This document shows positions 34,178 through 37,987 of a DNA stretch of 37,987 nt, one piece after another (positions within the stretch are counted from its first letter, which is position 1; each line of letters begins with the position of its first letter). A program made the translations under genes and the position numbers. The DNA is taken from positions 1 to 37,987 of the IMG/VR virus record IMGVR_UViG_3300045988_061944; one strand, given 5' to 3'. This DNA is from a virus. The notes below the pieces were generated by a model. That model ran no database searches. It had not been told where the DNA came from and saw nothing but the letters and a program-made list of their open reading frames with translations.

Positions 34178-35008
34178 ATGGCAAAATTTTTGGATACAGC
34201 GGGATTAACTTATCTTTGGGGCAAGATCAAAACAGCATTATCAGGGAAGGTAGACAAAGTAAGCGGTAAAGGACTGTCTACGAACGACTATACGACAGCA
34301 GAGAAGAACAAACTGACAGGAATCGAAACCGGTGCGAACAAATATGTGCATCCGAGTTATACGGCGAAAACAAACGGACTGTACAAAGTGACCGTGGATG
34401 CAGCCGGACACGTATCTGGTACGACACCAGTTACTAAGACAGATATCACAGGCTTAGGCATCCCGGCATCAAACACGACCTACTCTGACTTCAAGGGTGC
34501 AACAGCTAATGCGGCAGGTACACACGGACTGGTACCGGCACCGGCGAAAGGCGATACGGGTAAACTTCTGAGCGGTAAAGGAACATGGGAAGCCATGACA
34601 ATGGCCTATACTGAGGAAGATTACACGCAAGCATCTGTTGGTCTCACTTTTGCAGGAAGTACCGTAAAAGCAAATATTCCAGTTGCAACTACTGGTAATA
34701 TGGGTCTCATGCCTCCAGCGATGTTTTCAAAACTGAATGATTTGCCAACAGAGGCAGATTTATCTGGTATCTATGCGAAGAAATCCGACATTACAGGCGT
34801 GTATAAGTACAAGGGTTCCCTGGCAGATGCAACAAAACTGCCGACTACAGGGCAGGTTGCCGGTGACGTATACAACCTGGAAGCAGCATCTGACTACGGC
34901 CCGGCAGGTACCAACGTGGCGTGGGACGGCAAGGCATGGGATGCACTGGGCGGATTGTTTGTGGTCGATGCACTTACCAATGCCGAAATTGATGCAATCT
35001 GCGTGTAA
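34178..35008 (+). CDS. Tail fibre / receptor-binding protein 1
   Basis: N-terminus MAKFLDTAGLTYLWGKIK plus KGLSTNDYTTAEKNKLTGIETGANKY fibre motifs. ATG 34178 follows AAAGGAAGAAAACATT; the ORF track starts at 34124. Confidence 0.7.
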   Translation: MAKFLDTAGLTYLWGKIKTALSGKVDKVSGKGLSTNDYTTAEKNKLTGIETGANKYVHPSYTAKTNGLYKVTVDAAGHVSGTTPVTKTDITGLGIPASNTTYSDFKGATANAAGTHGLVPAPAKGDTGKLLSGKGTWEAMTMAYTEEDYTQASVGLTFAGSTVKANIPVATTGNMGLMPPAMFSKLNDLPTEADLSGIYAKKSDITGVYKYKGSLADATKLPTTGQVAGDVYNLEAASDYGPAGTNVAWDGKAWDALGGLFVVDALTNAEIDAICV

Positions 35009-35035
35009 AGTGAATTGATATAAGGAGGAAGGAAC

Positions 35036-35809
35036 ATGGCATATCTAGATAAGGCGGGGCTTACTGAGTTATGGAAGAAAGTGAAAAGTTATGTGGATGC
35101 CAATGGCGGAGGAACACCGACAACGATTACAGGAAATGCAGGAACAGCTACAAAACTCCAGACAACACGGGCAATAGATGGCGTTAATTTCAATGGTACG
35201 GCTGACATTGCCCATTATGCCGTGTGTTATACGACAGGATCGACCGCCGCAAAGACGGTCAGCCTGTCGAACTTTAAGCTGGCAGCTGGTGCAAGAGTGT
35301 TTGTGCGTTTCAGTTATGCCAACACCGCTGCAAATCCAACACTGAACGTCAATAGTACAGGGGCGAAGCCAATCTATTACCGGAACAGCAACATCCCTGC
35401 AGAGCTGATAGATCAGTACACGGTTTTGGAGCTGGTCTACAGCGGATCATACTGGTTTGTAGTCGGAAATATGAATATCCTGACCAAGGGCGACAGCATA
35501 AATATTGAATGTTTCACGGCTGGCTATGTGACATCCGCAGGCAAGGAAGTGCAGTTCTGCATTCCGGTATCGACACCGATTGTCGGCTGCAGTTCTGTTA
35601 GCATAGCATCGGCAACCGGACTGCAGATCCGGCAGAATGGGAATTATATTTATGGTGGCAATGCATCCACGCTGGTAGCGGCATCGTCCTACCGGGGCGT
35701 TGTCAACCGTAATATGGTATCTATTGCCGCAACGATGCCGAATACAACCAACGCAGTCAACAATGCACCATGTGGTGTGCATGCGGCATTGAAGCTGACA
35801 TTTTTATAG
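35036..35809 (+). CDS. Tail fibre / receptor-binding protein 2 (paralogous N-terminus)
   Basis: N-terminus MAYLDKAGLTELWKKVK is shared with the preceding gene. The C-terminus is divergent. Confidence 0.65.
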   Translation: MAYLDKAGLTELWKKVKSYVDANGGGTPTTITGNAGTATKLQTTRAIDGVNFNGTADIAHYAVCYTTGSTAAKTVSLSNFKLAAGARVFVRFSYANTAANPTLNVNSTGAKPIYYRNSNIPAELIDQYTVLELVYSGSYWFVVGNMNILTKGDSINIECFTAGYVTSAGKEVQFCIPVSTPIVGCSSVSIASATGLQIRQNGNYIYGGNASTLVAASSYRGVVNRNMVSIAATMPNTTNAVNNAPCGVHAALKLTFL

Positions 35810-35824
35810 GAAAGGGGAACAGGA

Positions 35825-36424
35825 ATGGCTATAACAGAGAACTTAAAAAAGATACTGGCGGCAGTCTACGGGCGGGATGTCCGGCAGTCGATCCATGACA
35901 GCATCCAAGAATGTTACAATAACGCTGAGGCGTGTAAGAGTTATACAAATGAGCACGTAAAAGATATGGAAACAAAGATGGCAGGTATTACAGGACAGAG
36001 TAAGGCGTTGATGGCAAAAACACGCAAGGATGTCCGGAATGTACAGGCAATTTTTTCAGTAGAAAAAACAGTGTCTATCACAGACGGCAAACTGTGGGAA
36101 GCACAAGATGCTGGCAGTTCGTGTGTACTTATGGAAGGGGCAAAAACACAGTGTACAACACTGAATGTACAACGAGGCGAACGGTATATCATACATACGA
36201 GCATGGTATCACGAGCCGGTAGTGGACGCGGAAAATATCCGATTATTTTTGCAGTTGATAACAGCAGTGCCGGATTCACAATGGTTTCAGCTGTAGAAAT
36301 CGAAGAAGAAGGGGACTGTGATTATATCGTTACTGTTCCGGATAATGCAAAGTATATGATGATATCAGCCAACGAGAACGGCGAAGGTATCTGGGTGCGA
36401 AGAATCAATGTTCTCACAGAGTAA
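35825..36424 (+). CDS. Putative tail fibre-associated protein
   Basis: The N-terminus AAVYGRDVRQSIHDSIQ resembles N-termini of baseplate and fibre proteins of Bacillota phages. Position between the fibres and the holin. Confidence 0.4.
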   Translation: MAITENLKKILAAVYGRDVRQSIHDSIQECYNNAEACKSYTNEHVKDMETKMAGITGQSKALMAKTRKDVRNVQAIFSVEKTVSITDGKLWEAQDAGSSCVLMEGAKTQCTTLNVQRGERYIIHTSMVSRAGSGRGKYPIIFAVDNSSAGFTMVSAVEIEEEGDCDYIVTVPDNAKYMMISANENGEGIWVRRINVLTE

Positions 36425-36447
36425 CAAGAAAGGAAAGACTAACGAGG

Positions 36448-36876
36448 ATGAAAAAAGAAATGGTTTGCACGATCACAGGAGCAATCGGTGGGACGATTGC
36501 TTATTTTTTTGGAGGCTGGGATCAGGCTCTTGTAACTTTAATCATTTTCATGGCAATTGATTACATATCCGGTCTGATTGTTGCCGGTGTGTTCCACAAC
36601 AGTAAGAAAACGTCAACAGGGACATTGGAAAGTCGGACAGGCTGGAAAGGTCTGTGCAGGAAATGCATGACGCTGCTGTTTGTTCTGGTGGCGTACCGGC
36701 TGGATCTGGCAATCGGTGTGGATTACATCCGTGATGCGGTGATCATCGGGTTTATTGCCAACGAACTGATCAGCATCGTAGAGAATGCCGGACTGATGGG
36801 CATACCGCTGCCGGCAGTGATCGCCAATGCGATCGACATACTGACACAGAAAGCAGAGAAAAAAGGGGACGCATGA
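36448..36876 (+). CDS. Holin (TcdE / phage_holin_4 type)
   Basis: Three hydrophobic segments. AIDYISGLIVAG ... IANELISIVENAGLMGIPLP is characteristic of the family. Confidence 0.85.
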   Translation: MKKEMVCTITGAIGGTIAYFFGGWDQALVTLIIFMAIDYISGLIVAGVFHNSKKTSTGTLESRTGWKGLCRKCMTLLFVLVAYRLDLAIGVDYIRDAVIIGFIANELISIVENAGLMGIPLPAVIANAIDILTQKAEKKGDA

Positions 36877-36904
36877 GCGTCCTCTGAGAAAGGCGGTAGA
36901 GACT

Positions 36905-37789
36905 ATGAACAAGATTAACCGAATGATTTCAAATTACAATTATAATCCCGGCAATATTTCCAGGATCAAATATATTGTGATCCATTATGTCGGAGCGTTG
37001 GGCGGAGCACAGGAAAATTGTGCATACTATGGTGGTGGTAACCGCGGGGCATCTGCACACTATTTTGTCGGTTTCGCCGGCGAAATCTGGCAGTGTGTGG
37101 AAGATCAGAATATTGCCTGGCATTGTGGGGCGAGCAGCTATAAGCATCCAGAATGCAGAAATGCCAACAGTATCGGAATCGAGATGTGCGTGCGAAAGAA
37201 GAACGCGGCGAGTCTTTGGGCAACAGATAAGGACTGGTATTTTGAAGGAGCAACAGTACAGTCTGCTATTGAGCTGACCAGATATCTGATGAAGAAATAC
37301 AACATTCCTGCAGATCATGTGATACGTCATTATGATGTGACCGGAAAGATTTGCCCGAATCCGTATGTATACAATACAGGTACGTACAATTGGGATGCGT
37401 TCAAGAAAGCTATTTTCGGACAGAATGGCGACATTCTCCCAGCCACCAGCAAACCGTGGTATCGTGTCCGCAAGACCTGGAAGAACACCAGCAGCCAGAT
37501 CGGGGCATTTAAAACGATGAAGAAAGCCAAGCAGTGTGCAGATCAGCACGCCGGTTATCATGTCTACAATGATACCGGAAGGAAAGTATACACATCAAGT
37601 AAGATCCCATACAAGGTACAGCCGAAAACTGCGAATGTTCCGATCAGAACGGGACCGGCTAAAACTTACAGTGCTGCCAGAACGTTTTTGAAGCCAGGTA
37701 AGTACGTGATCACAGAGGAAAAGAACGGATTCGGCAGACTGAAAAACGGTGCAGGATGGGTATATCTTAATAAGGTAGAGAGGGTGTAG
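36905..37789 (+). CDS. Endolysin: N-acetylmuramoyl-L-alanine amidase (Amidase_2) with C-terminal SH3-like repeats
   Basis: IVIHYVGA...ASAHYFV...IAWHCG...NSIGIEMC...HYDVTGKICP. C-terminal RVRKTWKN... and VPIRTGP...GWVYL SH3-type segments. Confidence 0.9.
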   Translation: MNKINRMISNYNYNPGNISRIKYIVIHYVGALGGAQENCAYYGGGNRGASAHYFVGFAGEIWQCVEDQNIAWHCGASSYKHPECRNANSIGIEMCVRKKNAASLWATDKDWYFEGATVQSAIELTRYLMKKYNIPADHVIRHYDVTGKICPNPYVYNTGTYNWDAFKKAIFGQNGDILPATSKPWYRVRKTWKNTSSQIGAFKTMKKAKQCADQHAGYHVYNDTGRKVYTSSKIPYKVQPKTANVPIRTGPAKTYSAARTFLKPGKYVITEEKNGFGRLKNGAGWVYLNKVERV

Positions 37790-37795
37790 TAGAAT

Positions 37796-37822
37796 GGTGG
37801 CATTGCCACCGATTTGCCACCG
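37796..37822. promoter_or_regulatory. Arm-type repeat cluster: palindrome GGTGGCATTGCCACC plus a second TTGCCACC
   Basis: TTGCCACC at 37803-37810 and 37814-37821 (11-bp spacing). An inverted GGTGGCA at 37796-37802 forms a 15-bp palindrome. Confidence 0.45.
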
Positions 37823-37948
37823 ACAGAGAAATGTAAGATACAGAAACAAAAAGATTTAAAGATTGAACTATTGCATAAACATAGATTTTTAAGTATTATT
37901 GAGGATGTGCAGGGCGGTGTAAGACTTAACTATTAGACCTATAGATAT

Positions 37949-37987
37949 ACGGTGCACGTAGAAAGTGCAGTAAAACTTGTGAGGGAA
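37949..37987. repeat. 39-bp direct repeat, right copy (candidate attR core)
   Basis: Identical to 1-39. Confidence 0.7.

Larger units (their letters stand above)
1..37987. mobile_element. Complete temperate siphovirus-type prophage / phage genome bounded by 39-bp direct repeats
   Basis: Integrase sits just inside the left end and the holin-endolysin pair just inside the right end. The full lysogeny, replication, packaging, head, tail and lysis order is present. Identical 39-mers lie at 1-39 and 37949-37987. Confidence 0.9.

Noticed and set aside
34178-36424. A diversity-generating retroelement targeting the fibre genes.
   Set aside because: No reverse-transcriptase ORF exists anywhere in the window. 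I saw no template/variable repeat pair near the fibre C-termini. This was checked by eye only, and a dot-plot would be needed to exclude it completely.

Overview
The window is one complete temperate siphovirus-type prophage of about 38 kb, or its circularised genome. RBS style and protein families suggest a Bacillota (Clostridia-like) host. It is bounded exactly by a perfect 39-bp direct repeat (1-39 = 37949-37987), a candidate attL/attR core, with phased TTGCCACC arm-type repeats on both sides.

Gene order, left to right:
- Leftward lysogeny arm: tyrosine integrase, an A+T-rich two-gene cargo cassette, an ImmA-like protease, a 27-aa hydrophobic toxin-like peptide and an XRE repressor.
- Divergent genetic switch with three or four copies of a TGTGAA-N5-TTCAACA operator.
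- Rightward early genes: Cro-like protein, several HTH proteins and a 23-unit hexapeptide-repeat protein.
- Recombination and replication module: DUF1351, ERF, SSB, ERCC4-like nuclease, CHC2 zinc finger and DUF927-type helicase, followed by an AT-rich non-coding block.
- Late regulator and one tRNA-like gene with an aberrant anticodon arm.
- TerS, TerL, SPP1-type portal and MuF-like minor head protein.
- An accessory island inside the head module: methyltransferase-like protein, lipoprotein and Prp-like protease.
- Scaffold, major capsid, connector and tail genes, a 1631-aa tape measure, Dit, Tal and two paralogous fibres.
- TcdE-type holin and amidase/SH3 endolysin.

Most worth a second look:
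1. A convergent toxin-peptide/antisense-RNA locus (type I TA architecture) wedged between repressor and ImmA.
2. The uncharacterised cargo pair between int and immA.
3. A MuF minor head protein with a C-terminal DUF6883-like extension, followed by an unannotated DUF4926-like mini-ORF (polymorphic toxin/immunity layout).
4. An HTH reading frame reachable only by a -1 shift at an A6/C7 homopolymer pair.
5. The non-canonical tRNA.
6. A phage-encoded Prp protease paired with MNLRLF N-terminal motifs on both scaffold and capsid.

All family names come from recognising sequence patterns by eye. No database search was run.
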